Part shown: positions 20,195 to 30,765 of the stretch, piece by piece
How the letters are laid out: each line of letters opens with the position of its first letter
Numbering within the stretch: position 1 is the stretch's first letter
Source: an uncultured Nitrososphaerota archaeon
GTDB lineage: Archaea > Thermoproteota > Nitrososphaeria > Nitrososphaerales > CADDZS01
Length of the DNA: 64,000 nt
Assembly: GCA_963799845.1 (NCBI GenBank)
Contig: CAWCYI010000006.1
Coordinates: forward strand, 1,632,001 to 1,696,000
Direction: 5' to 3'
Notes under the pieces: model-generated
The model's database searches: none
Seen by the model: the letters and a program-made list of their open reading frames with translations, nothing else
What the model was told of the DNA's origin: nothing
Program-made: the position numbers and the translations under genes

Positions 20195-21271
20195 CTACGG
20201 CTTTAGCACTGCCCTGCCTTCGATCTTGCCGGCAACCAACTTCTCAATTACTTGGTTCACATTTTCCAGCGGATAAGATTCGGACACTACCGGATTGATG
20301 ATACCCCTATCAACGAGCTGAACCATCTCCGCAAGATCCTGAAGCGTACCGGTAAAGTTGCCCATGACTTCGAGCGCCTTCAAAGGAAAGATGGGTAGCG
20401 CGAACTTTCCTTCGCCGCCGAAGAGTCCAACGAGCACGAGTCTGCCACTTCGTCCCACCGCTTCGAAGCCAAGCGAACTCGTGGCCGGCATGCCCACAAA
20501 ATCGATTGCGACATCGGCAAGCAAACCGTGGTTGATCTCTCTTATTTTCGAGGTCATTTCTTTGATTGTCAGACCTTTGCTGTTTATTGTGAAATCTGCT
20601 CCGATTTTTTCCGCGAGATTCAGTTTTGAGTCGTCTATATCGATCGCGACGACTCTTGCACCAACTGTCTTTTTCACGATCTGGATCGCAGTCGTACCCA
20701 GTCCACCTGCCCCGATAACGACGACTAGCTCGTTGGGGCCCGCCCTAGACTTTTTCACGGCGCTGAAAGTGGTCAGCCCGGAACACGCCAGCGTCGCCCC
20801 GTACTTTGGATCTACATCACCCAGAGGGATCAGATATCTCACGTCGGGAACAAGTACGTAATCAGCGTAACCACCGTCCTGAAAAATTCCAAGCGTTCGC
20901 GGCTTGTTCTCGCAAATATTCTCCATCCCGGACCTGCACTTCCGGCATGCGCCGCAACCCAACCAAGGATACACCACAACCGGATCGTCATTCTTTAGGG
21001 TGTTCTGATCAGCTTTTGCATCAGAGCCCAAACCTTCGATCGTTCCTGCGATCTCGTGTCCAAGAGTGATAGGAAGGGCGACTCCTCTGTCAGCCATCGA
21101 CAGCTTCTTTCCCTCGCCGAGATCGTATGATCCCGCAATAAGATGAACATCAGTGTGGCATACCCCCGACGCGGATACCTTTACGAGGGCTCCTCGACCG
21201 CTCAATTTCGGAATCTCAATTTCTTGAAGTTCGAGAGGCTTTCCCCACTCGACAATTCGCATGGCTTTCAA
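20195..21271 (-). CDS. zinc-dependent alcohol dehydrogenase
   Basis: GVCHTD, GHE, CGACRKC...C and GAGGLG motifs. Confidence 0.95.
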   Translation of the reverse strand: MKAMRIVEWGKPLELQEIEIPKLSGRGALVKVSASGVCHTDVHLIAGSYDLGEGKKLSMADRGVALPITLGHEIAGTIEGLGSDAKADQNTLKNDDPVVVYPWLGCGACRKCRSGMENICENKPRTLGIFQDGGYADYVLVPDVRYLIPLGDVDPKYGATLACSGLTTFSAVKKSRAGPNELVVVIGAGGLGTTAIQIVKKTVGARVVAIDIDDSKLNLAEKIGADFTINSKGLTIKEMTSKIREINHGLLADVAIDFVGMPATSSLGFEAVGRSGRLVLVGLFGGEGKFALPIFPLKALEVMGNFTGTLQDLAEMVQLVDRGIINPVVSESYPLENVNQVIEKLVAGKIEGRAVLKP

Positions 21272-21315
21272 TGGTATTGATTCTCTTTGAAAGTACTAGG
21301 CAATAATCTGATCCG

Positions 21316-22209
21316 TTATGATCCAAATACTTGGCGGATGCAGTTGTCTAATTCTCGATACATTATCGTATCTGCGATGCTTGCCGTAGGATCTCGATTA
21401 TTCGTCGAAACTAGAGCAGCTGCCATTTCATGATAGTACCAGCTTTCCTGGTCTTTCGAGGCATTGAACTTGCTCCATAGCGCATCTCCCACGATTAGAT
21501 AATCTGCCATAATATCTCGGATATTAGCCAGCTTATCCGCGCATATCAAGAGCCTGAGGTCTCTACCTGATTCCCGAACTTTGTCGATTTTCTGTTGTTT
21601 CCTCAGTTTCCATGTTTTTTTCTTTTCCTCGTTTGAGACTCCCTTCGTGAGCTTTTCCTCTTCAGATGCGCCTTCTACTAGCGAACACACTTTGTCTCCA
21701 AAATTCTGCTTGATTTCGTCTCGCGATCTTGGAGTGTCCTCCAATACATCGTGAAGTACGCCTGCTATCGCGAGGTCTTCACCGGCTCCATTCTTAAGAA
21801 GGATTGACAAAACATCCAGCGGATGGACGATGTATGGGACGGTGGTCCCCTTTCTAAATTCAGCCTTGTGGGCGTCGGCTGCGAATGCGATAGCTCTTGA
21901 GATCCTGTCGAAATCGTAGCCCGCGCCAGTAGATTTCTCGCTGCTGGAAGGAGCTGCCATAGTTTGCAGTGCGGTGATCCCCTTACTCGTTATCTTCGCC
22001 ATAATTAGTTCGCCGCGCGTCAGATGAAAATCCTGTATGAACTGCACGTACTCACTCTGTCGCAGGACGTGCAAGATTTCGTTGACGATCTTGTCACTCA
22101 ACGACAGCTCTTTCATCATCGCGATGTTTGTGGCGGTCTGTTTCTGTTTCAGAAGTTCGAGCACCCGGCGCTCGTTGTTTTGAAAATCTGACATTCGAGC
22201 ATTTTTCAC
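21316..22209 (-). CDS. RelA/SpoT-type HD hydrolase (Mesh1/SAH-like) with N-terminal wHTH
   Basis: AHKAEFRKG, PYIVHP, LHDVLEDT and ADKLAN motifs; first ~85 aa wHTH-like (KITSKG). Confidence 0.85.
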   Translation of the reverse strand: MKNARMSDFQNNERRVLELLKQKQTATNIAMMKELSLSDKIVNEILHVLRQSEYVQFIQDFHLTRGELIMAKITSKGITALQTMAAPSSSEKSTGAGYDFDRISRAIAFAADAHKAEFRKGTTVPYIVHPLDVLSILLKNGAGEDLAIAGVLHDVLEDTPRSRDEIKQNFGDKVCSLVEGASEEEKLTKGVSNEEKKKTWKLRKQQKIDKVRESGRDLRLLICADKLANIRDIMADYLIVGDALWSKFNASKDQESWYYHEMAAALVSTNNRDPTASIADTIMYRELDNCIRQVFGS

Positions 22210-22295
22210 CCATGGATGCCGGGCGAACTCCCAAAAGCCGCCTCATAAATGTTGGTCTATTGCGTTGGTTACAAAACCGGCAAATTAGGCAGAAT

Positions 22296-23021
22296 TCAAA
22301 CACTGAGGATTGATCTAAGCGTGACTTGACCGTTGTCGTGCGAGAAGATCCATTTCGAGTTCTTGAACCTGAGCAACCTTTTCATCGAGTGTAGCAATTT
22401 GGTTCGATCGTACCCGGTCATAGCAATTTTTCTTTCCAAGTTTTCCTTTAATGGGGAGACATCACCGGAGTAGATCAAATTTTGTCCGTTAACGCTAGCA
22501 ACGACTGATTGATGTCCCAGGGTATGGCCGGGAGTGGGTATTATTTTGATGCCATCATTCAGGGCGTACTCTCCCTTCACGTAGACGTAATCCCTTACCC
22601 GTTCGTACATTTCAGGAAAGTAGGACCCTCCATTCGGATCTTTATCTAGATACTTGTCGACGAACCGAAATTCATCCTTGGCCACGTAAAACTTTGCATT
22701 CTTGAATAGGTTGTTATTGCCGCAGTGAGCCGAATGGAGATGTGTGTTGATGACCGCTGTGATTTGTTCAGGTCTTATTTTTCGGTTCGCTAGCTGGGCG
22801 AGAAGGCCCTGACCGTCCGATCTGTGTACTCTGCTCCCCAGATCTCCAAACTTTCCTCCCCGAGGAATTTCTCCAAACCCGGTGTCTACGAGTATCTTGT
22901 CATTTGGAGTGATCAACAGTAGGCTCTTTGATATTCCCGAGTAAGTGCCATGCTCGCCGGGAAGGAAGATATTTTTTTCCACATCAAAGACTGAATCGAT
23001 TAGGAGACTGGCCTTCACCAT
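22296..23021 (-). CDS. metallo-beta-lactamase fold hydrolase (AHL-lactonase-like)
   Basis: VDTG, THLHSAHCG, TPGHTLGH and SGD motifs. Confidence 0.85.
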   Translation of the reverse strand: MVKASLLIDSVFDVEKNIFLPGEHGTYSGISKSLLLITPNDKILVDTGFGEIPRGGKFGDLGSRVHRSDGQGLLAQLANRKIRPEQITAVINTHLHSAHCGNNNLFKNAKFYVAKDEFRFVDKYLDKDPNGGSYFPEMYERVRDYVYVKGEYALNDGIKIIPTPGHTLGHQSVVASVNGQNLIYSGDVSPLKENLERKIAMTGYDRTKLLHSMKRLLRFKNSKWIFSHDNGQVTLRSILSV

Positions 23022-23175
23022 GGTTTCTTTCGAGACAGTTCCGTTATTCTATAAATGAATTGATTTTTTCTCGGGTATCCTTTCGTGCTTGATTCCTAGT
23101 GTCCTCTGGTTGTGCTGGTGGCCTTACGGTGATTCTCGATCTCTTTAGCACCAGAATAGTTAGAGTTACTATTTC

Positions 23176-23682
23176 TTAACCGATGAATGATGCCCTAACT
23201 TCCTGTTTGATAATACTCGAAGTCGAATACCGCTCAAAAAGGCACGTAAATATCCCTGACGCATTTCGAACGTCCAATACTGCATTCAACACTTTTTCTT
23301 TCGTCATGGTATCATAGTAGACCCTACGCGAAGCAAGTTCGAAACTGCGCATCTCCTTTGGAGGGTTCGGTCTGATCAGGTGATACCAGATTCCGTTGTT
23401 TGATAGAAGGGCAATGCTAAGATCGCGCAGAAACTCTGATCTCTTCCTCATATCCATGGATTCCAAGAAAACCTGGTCTTTTTCTCCCGTCAGATCGAAT
23501 GAAGCTGAAACTGAAAACGAATCAAGAAACTGGGTCGAATGAACTACAAACATTATCGTGCCGTAGACGTTGATCTTGAAAGTAAAATAGGCATCCGGAT
23601 TTTTTACCTCCTCAGGAGAGAGCCGCTCCTCAACGAGCCAGGTCTTTATCTTCTCCCTCGAATCCTCGATTCTATTTCCCAA
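23176..23682 (-). CDS. DUF2299-like archaeal protein
   Basis: KIKTWLVEE...NPDAYFTF...RVYYDTMTK pattern. Confidence 0.65.
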   Translation of the reverse strand: MGNRIEDSREKIKTWLVEERLSPEEVKNPDAYFTFKINVYGTIMFVVHSTQFLDSFSVSASFDLTGEKDQVFLESMDMRKRSEFLRDLSIALLSNNGIWYHLIRPNPPKEMRSFELASRRVYYDTMTKEKVLNAVLDVRNASGIFTCLFERYSTSSIIKQEVRASFIG

Positions 23683-23855
23683 GACAGCGGAAAAATCATG
23701 TTCGGCTGAGTCTTATTCGTTAAGATAATCGCGTTCAGATCTGACAATCTTATTCTAAATCAGAACGCGGCATTCATCTGAATTACACTCCGAAGGAGAT
23801 GAAGTGACCAGAATTCGAGTTACTGTCAATCGGTTTTTCGATAATGCCAGGCTTA

Positions 23856-24185
23856 CTAAACAGTCAATTGCTGCTTGTAGTGTTTCATGCCCAGTGATAC
23901 AATTTCATTCATAATCTTGGAGATATTTTCCCCTCCGGTTTCGCTTCGAGCGAGGTGGGCAAGCCTATCGTACATTTCACTGTCCAGCAAAACATTGACA
24001 GTTCTCATTCTCTTTCTGATGTTTGACTCCCTCGATAAGATTCGTCTGTTTGGTACTTCGACGCCATTCAGCGTCAGGAACTTTCCGCAGTTGCTGCACT
24101 TTTGAAGGGTGGTCACTTGCGTGATTCCATCAAATTTTACTGAATAAGTCCCGAATTCACTAACCTCAAGGTGCTCGCAGGCCAT
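23856..24185 (-). CDS. Zn-ribbon plus ribbon-helix-helix protein
   Basis: CEH...CSNC, then TVNVLLDSEMYDRLAHLA...ISKIMNEIV. Confidence 0.65.
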   Translation of the reverse strand: MACEHLEVSEFGTYSVKFDGITQVTTLQKCSNCGKFLTLNGVEVPNRRILSRESNIRKRMRTVNVLLDSEMYDRLAHLARSETGGENISKIMNEIVSLGMKHYKQQLTV

Positions 24186-24351
24186 GGTCTATTGAAAGAG
24201 CTTCGCTGCTTATAAGATTGCGATTCTCTAGGGGAATCACGGATTTTCAGAATCAAATATGACATAAGTAATCACAACCCGTCGTAGAATCCTTCAGCTC
24301 GGCGGAAAGAGAGGGTCATTATCTGAGGTCCAGTGCCCAAAATATTTGGGG

Positions 24352-24389
24352 GTAGGGCTGACAGTAAGTCAGCCCATGTCAGACCCTAC
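24352..24389. terminator. GC-rich stem-loop just 3' of the TauE gene
   Basis: GGGCTGAC-agtaa-GTCAGCCC (24355-24375), with alternative pairing to TGTCAGACCCTAC. Confidence 0.35.
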
Positions 24390-25285
24390 GTTTTCTGCTG
24401 CGGAGTTGGAACAGGTATCGTCGTTGGTTGTTCCGGAACTTTTTGCCGGTTCTTGAGATACTTGTACAGCAGCATTATGTCAATAGCGAGTACCAGACCC
24501 CAGAATGAATACGAGACGTACGCGGACAATTTGAATAGGTTCAAGAACACTTGGGAGAGTCCAAAACCTACGACACCCGCGTTGAACGCCATTGCAAACC
24601 GCCTGAAAGTTTCGACTGAGATCTTACTGACGATTATCATGCCTAGGGGTATTCCAAGGAGGACCGGGAGAGCGGTAACTGTAAACAACTGCAACGTCGA
24701 AGCAGTGAAGAGGCCTAGGAGAGCGTAAGAGATGCATGTCAGATAAGATTCTGCAATTCTCACTTGCGCGACGGCGGCTTTGAACTCGTTCTTGGCCATC
24801 CCTTGATTGCTCCAGAATAGCGCTATCGGCGGGCCGGAGATTGTCGTGATCGAGTAAAGTAGCCCGATTCCCATTCCGAGTGGGACGCCCGCCGCGGACT
24901 CTTTCTTAATCGGTTTTCTAAAACCAGCCGCTTGGAGCAAAATCAGGGGCAGTAGCACTGCATAAACTGCAAACTTGACCCATAGGGGTGCAACGAGGTT
25001 TAGAAGGTAGCTGCCGACGATCACTCCGGGAACTATCGGGATCACGATAGGAATTACCCGCCTGAAAGTTGCCTTTATGTTCGCCTTTCCGGCAAAGCCG
25101 AGCATCACCGTATTCATGCATGCTTCAACCAGGACGTAGACCGGGTTGATTATCTTGTTCGCGATGACTAGAATTGCCAAAGGAACTGAAAGCGAAGAAT
25201 ACCCGTAACCCAACCCACCGTTGACAAATGAAGCAGCGAGAGACAGGAGCGCCAAGAAGATTAGAAGTTCGAGGCTGAATACCAA
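24386..25285 (-). CDS. sulfite exporter TauE/SafE family membrane protein
   Basis: ASFVNGGLGYG and SGPP motifs; about 8 TM helices. Confidence 0.85.
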   Translation of the reverse strand: MVFSLELLIFLALLSLAASFVNGGLGYGYSSLSVPLAILVIANKIINPVYVLVEACMNTVMLGFAGKANIKATFRRVIPIVIPIVPGVIVGSYLLNLVAPLWVKFAVYAVLLPLILLQAAGFRKPIKKESAAGVPLGMGIGLLYSITTISGPPIALFWSNQGMAKNEFKAAVAQVRIAESYLTCISYALLGLFTASTLQLFTVTALPVLLGIPLGMIIVSKISVETFRRFAMAFNAGVVGFGLSQVFLNLFKLSAYVSYSFWGLVLAIDIMLLYKYLKNRQKVPEQPTTIPVPTPQQKT

Positions 25286-25553
25286 TCTAGATTCGGAAAT
25301 AAGATTCCTGATCTACCTAATTATCCATAATTATGACCGCAATTGAAACGTAAGATTTGCGTATATTGTTCGTGCGATTCGCAGGCCTTGCGGTCAAAGT
25401 GCACTAACATTTCGACAATCGATACCCACAAAATTTCCATTATTTCCGTGTATCGAAAATCGAATACATTCAAATCCCTAGAGATAATGTCCTCTTAGGG
25501 CGATCTATCAATGTTATCGCCCGATTGCAAGTGCGAAAAGGGGTTCGAAATTT

Positions 25554-27485
25554 TCACGATGCTTTAGAAATGTCGATCTTAATTTTCTCGAAAAGCTTTG
25601 CAAATCGCGGATCCTTTCTAGCTGCAGCAAAGAGCGGAGATCGCAGCAAAGTGCTCGCATACAACGTGTGGTTTTCCGCCGCTTGAAACATTAGCTCGAA
25701 GAACTTGTCGATATCTCCAAGCGCGTAGTAGATCAGTCCGATCGAACCCGAGATTGATGAGCCCTCGGGGAAATTATCCTTCAGTTTCTTTATGACCTCC
25801 TCCGCTTTAGCCTTGTCCTGGCGCAGGGCCGCCAGGTATCCGGTATTTAGGAGAGTGAATTCGCCTTGCGGCTGGATCTTTTCCATCTCCTGAATCGCAG
25901 CTTCAGCTTGAGCATAATTTCCCGTGCTCATGTAATAATCCGACAAGGATCGATAAGTATTGTAAGGATCAAGATTCAGTGTCCTTTTCCAGTGTTCCAT
26001 GGCGGCTTCGATTTTTCCGGCGTAAAACAAAGCTAGGCCAAGTCGCCGAATTACTCGTGGCGACAGCGGATCAAGCTGGTATGCTGTTTCAAGTACATTG
26101 ACCCATTCATCAATGCTTCCCTTTAGAGCGATGTATTCCCCGAGCAGAGCGTAAGCGTCGGACAAACTCGGATTGAGTTCGATAGCCTTCTTGGCCTCAA
26201 CGGCGCTCGCATCGATGTCATCTGACATATACGCCAACTCTGCGAGGACCGCGTGAGCCTCCGGGAGTGATTCGTCGATGGCGAGAGCATTCCGCACCGC
26301 ACCTCTCGCGCTTCCGATGGATTCCTCCCACGTGATAAAGTTCCATGATCCAAGTGCAAGGTATCCCTGTGCGACACCGATGTATGCCCTGGCAAACGAA
26401 GGATCCGTTTCAAGTGCCCGGTAGAAAAAGCGTAGCGCCTGGCGAAGTGGTTCTTGTGTCGTGCTATGCACAAGCTGCTTCCCCTGGAGGAAATACATGT
26501 AGGCCTTCACGTCTTCCGTCTTTGAAACTGTTCTCTCAGGTTTCAGCTTCACAATGCTCGAGGGAATCGCTTCAGATACTCTGGCAGCTATGTCGCTCTG
26601 AACCGCGAAAATATCGTCGAGACTCCGGTCGTAATTCGAGGCCCAGAGATGCTCCTCCGTGTTAACATCTATCATCTGGACTGTTACTCGGATGCGGTTA
26701 GCGGCCTTTCTGACGCTTCCTTCTACGACAGTCCCGACGCCTAACTCCTTTCCGATTTCCGAAACACTCTTCTCCTTTTTCTTGTAATTCATGACAGAAG
26801 TTCGGGCAATGATTTTCAGACCCTTCACGAGTGAGAGGTTTGCGATCAATTCCTCAGTCAGACCATCTGCGAAGAATTCGTCATTCGGATCTGGACTGAT
26901 GTTGACAAACGGCAACACTGCAATTCGGTTCGTCGGAAGAGAACCACTTGAGTATTCGTCGATTTTTTCCCAGGGCAGCTCAAGCCGGTAGACGTCGATT
27001 GTTTGAGCAACATTCTTGAGAGGAACTGTTTCTATTTTCGTCATCTTGTAAGGAATCTTGTTCCTAACCTGGTCGTACACTTGACCGGAGATGCAAATCC
27101 CTCCTCCTTTTGCCAGAGGCTCGATTCTCGACGCTATATTGACCGCATCACCGTAAACGTCGCCCTGGGAATGAATTACATCCCCGACGTGTATTCCGAT
27201 CCTGACGTTGATCTCGTCTGAAGTCGTGCCCCTAAATTCATGCAATGTCTTCTGTATTTCAAAACCACACTCAGTGGCTTGAAGCGCGCTGTTGAATTCG
27301 ACGAGAAAGGCATCTCCAATCGTCTTGATCTCGTGGCCGCCATATCTTAACAGAACGGGTCGGACAAGTACCCTCTGGCGTTCAAGCAGATTGAGCGCAA
27401 GGGATTCGTTGTTCTGAGTGATGGCAGTGTAACCTACCATATCGGTGAACATTATCGCCGATAGTCTGCGTTCGCCGTCTGCCAA
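25554..27485 (-). CDS. class III adenylate cyclase with TolB-like and TPR domains
   Basis: FTDMVGYT, KTIGDA, GDAVNIASR; IAVLPFVN...DGLTEELI; TPR repeats. Confidence 0.92.
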   Translation of the reverse strand: MADGERRLSAIMFTDMVGYTAITQNNESLALNLLERQRVLVRPVLLRYGGHEIKTIGDAFLVEFNSALQATECGFEIQKTLHEFRGTTSDEINVRIGIHVGDVIHSQGDVYGDAVNIASRIEPLAKGGGICISGQVYDQVRNKIPYKMTKIETVPLKNVAQTIDVYRLELPWEKIDEYSSGSLPTNRIAVLPFVNISPDPNDEFFADGLTEELIANLSLVKGLKIIARTSVMNYKKKEKSVSEIGKELGVGTVVEGSVRKAANRIRVTVQMIDVNTEEHLWASNYDRSLDDIFAVQSDIAARVSEAIPSSIVKLKPERTVSKTEDVKAYMYFLQGKQLVHSTTQEPLRQALRFFYRALETDPSFARAYIGVAQGYLALGSWNFITWEESIGSARGAVRNALAIDESLPEAHAVLAELAYMSDDIDASAVEAKKAIELNPSLSDAYALLGEYIALKGSIDEWVNVLETAYQLDPLSPRVIRRLGLALFYAGKIEAAMEHWKRTLNLDPYNTYRSLSDYYMSTGNYAQAEAAIQEMEKIQPQGEFTLLNTGYLAALRQDKAKAEEVIKKLKDNFPEGSSISGSIGLIYYALGDIDKFFELMFQAAENHTLYASTLLRSPLFAAARKDPRFAKLFEKIKIDISKAS

Positions 27486-27632
27486 TTGTCCTCAAACTTC
27501 GAGGGAATCTCGAAGATAAAAACAGTTTTCGGAATATTCGAGGGTTATCTGACTTTGGAGGAAGATTCAATCATTTTGCATCCAAATCTCTCGCAATACT
27601 ATTATCCCTGAACTTGCGCGCTTCTTGCGAGC

Positions 27633-29276
27633 ATGCCCGAAGCCCAAAATTATGACCCACCACTGTTAATCACAAAGATCCTTACTCAGACAATTTACAG
27701 GAACAGCCCGAGTCAGGTCGTCTTCGGAAAAAATCGGGAGACTTGGAAAGAGCTCAACCAAAGGGCCATGGCGCTCGCTCACGGGTTGAGAAATCACGGA
27801 GTAAGAAAAGGCTCCAAGGTCGCGGTTGTGGATTTTGACACCCACAATTATCTCGAGTCATATTACGCAATCCCAGCAATCCAAGCCGTACTGCACACGG
27901 TCAACATACGACTACCTCCAGAACAGATCGCTTACACGATGTCAAATGCCGACGACGAGGCGGTGCTCATTCGGGACGAGTTTGTCCCGTTGCTCGTCAA
28001 GCTGATGCCCCACATCAAGACGATAAAGAATGTCATAGTGATGAGCGAATCTGGTTCGATGCCTGCCGGTTCCCCCGATGGCGCGATCTTCTACGACGAT
28101 CTCATCAAAAATTTTGATAGGAACTTTCAACCAGGTGATTTCGACGAAAATACTCCGGCGACCCTTTTTTACACGTCCGGAACGACTGGCACCCCAAAGG
28201 GAGTGTGGTTCACCCACAGACAGCTAGTTCTTCACACGTTGTCGGCTACGATAGGACTATCTTCTTCGCAGAGTCCCGCCAAGCTCGAGGCTCGCGATGT
28301 TATCTTACCGTTGGTACCTATGTTTCACGTTCACGGCTGGGGATTTCCATACATCAGCGGCATGTTAGGGCAAAAGTATGTTCTTGTCGGAAAATACGAT
28401 CCTGGTCGGATTTTGGAACAATTATCAGCCGAAAAAGCGACGTGGTCCCACATGGTTCCGACGATCCTCAACATGGTCCTCAACCATCCGTCCATCGAGT
28501 CTCATCGTGATTCGCTGCGACGCTGGAAGGTGATCACTGGAGGATCTGCTCTACCCTCGGAGCTCGCGCGAAAGGCGATGAGCTATGGTATCAAAGTAAT
28601 GACGGGTTATGGGCTCAGCGAGACGGCCCCCATCCTCACTCTTGGAGTCCCGGGCGAACGGGAGTACGACCTCCCACCAGAAGAAATGCTCCTGAAATCG
28701 CTGCTCAAAACGGGTCTTCCAGTCCCTCTCGTAGATCTCAGGGTCGTCGATGGTGATATGAATGACGTCCCGAGAGACGGGAAGACCATAGGCGAGATTG
28801 TGGTTCGATCTCCGTGGACGACAAAAGAGTACTACAAGGATCCTGCACTTACACAGGAGCTCTGGGGCGGCGGGTGGCTCCACACGAAAGATCTTGCGAC
28901 TATAGACGAAAGTGGCTACCTCAAGATCGCAGACCGCGCAAAAGATGCGGTAAAGAGCGGCGGGGAGTGGATCTCGACGATTGATCTCGAAGACATTCTT
29001 ATGCGTCATCCGTCAGTGCTGGAAGCTGCGGTCGTCGGGGCAGTCGATGAAGAATGGGGAGAGAGACCTGTTGCGATAGTGACCAAGAAAGCCGGTGAGG
29101 AACTGACGAAAGCAGATCTGAAGAAACACTTTCAGCGCTACGTGGATTCAGGACACATTGCCAAGTTCTGGGTTCCCGACCGCTGCATAATCATTGACGA
29201 ACCGCTTCCAAAAACCAGTACGGGAAAAATAGACAAGAAGCCTCTGCGCGAAAAGCATTCAAAGCTAAACACTTAG
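27633..29276 (+). CDS. long/medium-chain acyl-CoA ligase
   Basis: YTSGTTGTPKG, GYGLSET, DRAKD and PKTSTGK motifs. Confidence 0.93.
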   Translation: MPEAQNYDPPLLITKILTQTIYRNSPSQVVFGKNRETWKELNQRAMALAHGLRNHGVRKGSKVAVVDFDTHNYLESYYAIPAIQAVLHTVNIRLPPEQIAYTMSNADDEAVLIRDEFVPLLVKLMPHIKTIKNVIVMSESGSMPAGSPDGAIFYDDLIKNFDRNFQPGDFDENTPATLFYTSGTTGTPKGVWFTHRQLVLHTLSATIGLSSSQSPAKLEARDVILPLVPMFHVHGWGFPYISGMLGQKYVLVGKYDPGRILEQLSAEKATWSHMVPTILNMVLNHPSIESHRDSLRRWKVITGGSALPSELARKAMSYGIKVMTGYGLSETAPILTLGVPGEREYDLPPEEMLLKSLLKTGLPVPLVDLRVVDGDMNDVPRDGKTIGEIVVRSPWTTKEYYKDPALTQELWGGGWLHTKDLATIDESGYLKIADRAKDAVKSGGEWISTIDLEDILMRHPSVLEAAVVGAVDEEWGERPVAIVTKKAGEELTKADLKKHFQRYVDSGHIAKFWVPDRCIIIDEPLPKTSTGKIDKKPLREKHSKLNT

Positions 29277-29653
29277 GGCGTCCTAATAACTCCGCTCGTC
29301 CTTCCTCGCAGTACTTCCTTTCCGTGCTGGTTGTAACAGACAAAGTCCATCGCGACTTTCAGATATCCCTTGGACTGCTCCACTTTGGTTACTACCGCAT
29401 CTGCCCGAACTTTATCGCCGGCAAATACAGGTCTAATAAATTCGTAAGAGATTTCTCGGGCGATGTAATTCATGTCTCCGCCAAGTTTCGTCGGTACTGT
29501 TGCGGTCAGAAGTCCATGAAGCATTATGCGTCCCTCCTTATCGGGTTGCATGTGGTGCTCCCCCTTGTCTCCTGAAAGCTCGGCAAACAGTTCGACGTCT
29601 TTCACGGTAAAAGTGCGTTCATAGGATGCCTTCTGTCCGACCTCGATCTTCAT
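29273..29653 (-). CDS. MaoC-like hotdog-fold dehydratase
   Basis: FAELSGD...H, HGLL and FIRPVFAGD motifs. Confidence 0.85.
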   Translation of the reverse strand: MKIEVGQKASYERTFTVKDVELFAELSGDKGEHHMQPDKEGRIMLHGLLTATVPTKLGGDMNYIAREISYEFIRPVFAGDKVRADAVVTKVEQSKGYLKVAMDFVCYNQHGKEVLRGRTSGVIRTP

Positions 29654-29717
29654 TCCGAAAATTGCCCTCTCCTTGACCTGGTTTTATAGTAGAATTGTTT
29701 CATTTATTGCGAGGATT

Positions 29718-30599
29718 CTATTGAATTTTCAATAATTCATTGTAAATTTCGGGCCTTCGTGATCTCAAACTCGAATCAGGCTTCCCCCGCTCAATTTCTA
29801 GCGTTTCTTTCCGAAAGTCCGCGTGAATTAACTCTTCGGAGCCTCGACTCTCTTCCAGGATCTGTCCCTTTGGATCAAACAGGGCGCTGTACCCGGGATA
29901 TGAGGTCTGATCTGAAACTCTTCCAACCTGATCGACATATACAAGGTAAGCCTTGTTGTCGTAGGCCCGGCTGGGAATGAATGTCATTACCTCTTTTCTT
30001 CGATCCTCAAACTTCCCCGAAGTCACGGGCCCGAATGCGTCTTCATTTGCCCATGCGTGGGGCATTAGTATTATTTCCGCTCCCTTTATGGCAAGTATTC
30101 GCGGCACCTCGGGCATTACGTTATCGAAGCACGTTGCGATCCCGACCCTGCAGCTGTCCAGATCAAAGATGGGAAACTCTCCGCCGAAACGAGAGAACGG
30201 GAATTCAACGGCCGGCATGTGCGTCTTCCTGTATTTGCCTATGAATCCGTTCGGACCGCAGATGAAATACGAATTATACACCATGTGGTTATCGATTTCA
30301 AAAATACCAGCCGAGATGAAAATTCCAAGTCTCTTTGATAAGCTAGTCACGAACTTCACGGCAGGGCCACCGGGCACAGATTCTGCGATCCTTCTAACTT
30401 CGCCGAAGACTTGATCGCCAGAAAGCTTCGAGTCGATTCCTGCGCAATAAAAGCCAGTTATGCTCATTTCGGGAAAACATACCAGTTCTGCGTGATCTCT
30501 CTTCGCCTTCACGGACCACTTTTCGATACTTTTCAGATTGGTCTCTTTCTGTCCTAACTCGCAACGCATCTGGATGCCGGCGACCCTGATATCTCTCAT
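29718..30599 (-). CDS. carbon-nitrogen hydrolase (nitrilase superfamily)
   Basis: FPE, YRKTH and ATCFD catalytic triad motifs. Confidence 0.92.
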   Translation of the reverse strand: MRDIRVAGIQMRCELGQKETNLKSIEKWSVKAKRDHAELVCFPEMSITGFYCAGIDSKLSGDQVFGEVRRIAESVPGGPAVKFVTSLSKRLGIFISAGIFEIDNHMVYNSYFICGPNGFIGKYRKTHMPAVEFPFSRFGGEFPIFDLDSCRVGIATCFDNVMPEVPRILAIKGAEIILMPHAWANEDAFGPVTSGKFEDRRKEVMTFIPSRAYDNKAYLVYVDQVGRVSDQTSYPGYSALFDPKGQILEESRGSEELIHADFRKETLEIERGKPDSSLRSRRPEIYNELLKIQ

Positions 30600-30765
30600 T
30601 GATCAATCCCACAACTCGTAAGTATGTAGGTTAATCGCAGGATGCGAGCCCTGAGATGACGAATCTGTTCGAATGAAGTCTGATTACCCTTTCCGCAAAA
30701 TCATCGCGACAGCTGAAAAGTACCTCTTAAATCGTAATTCAAAAACTTTCTTTGTCGCTGGAAAA

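Noticed and set aside
25335-25397. TGACCGCAA...TTGCGGTCA inverted repeat upstream of TauE as a riboswitch
   Set aside because: Only 9-bp arms, and no recognisable riboswitch consensus
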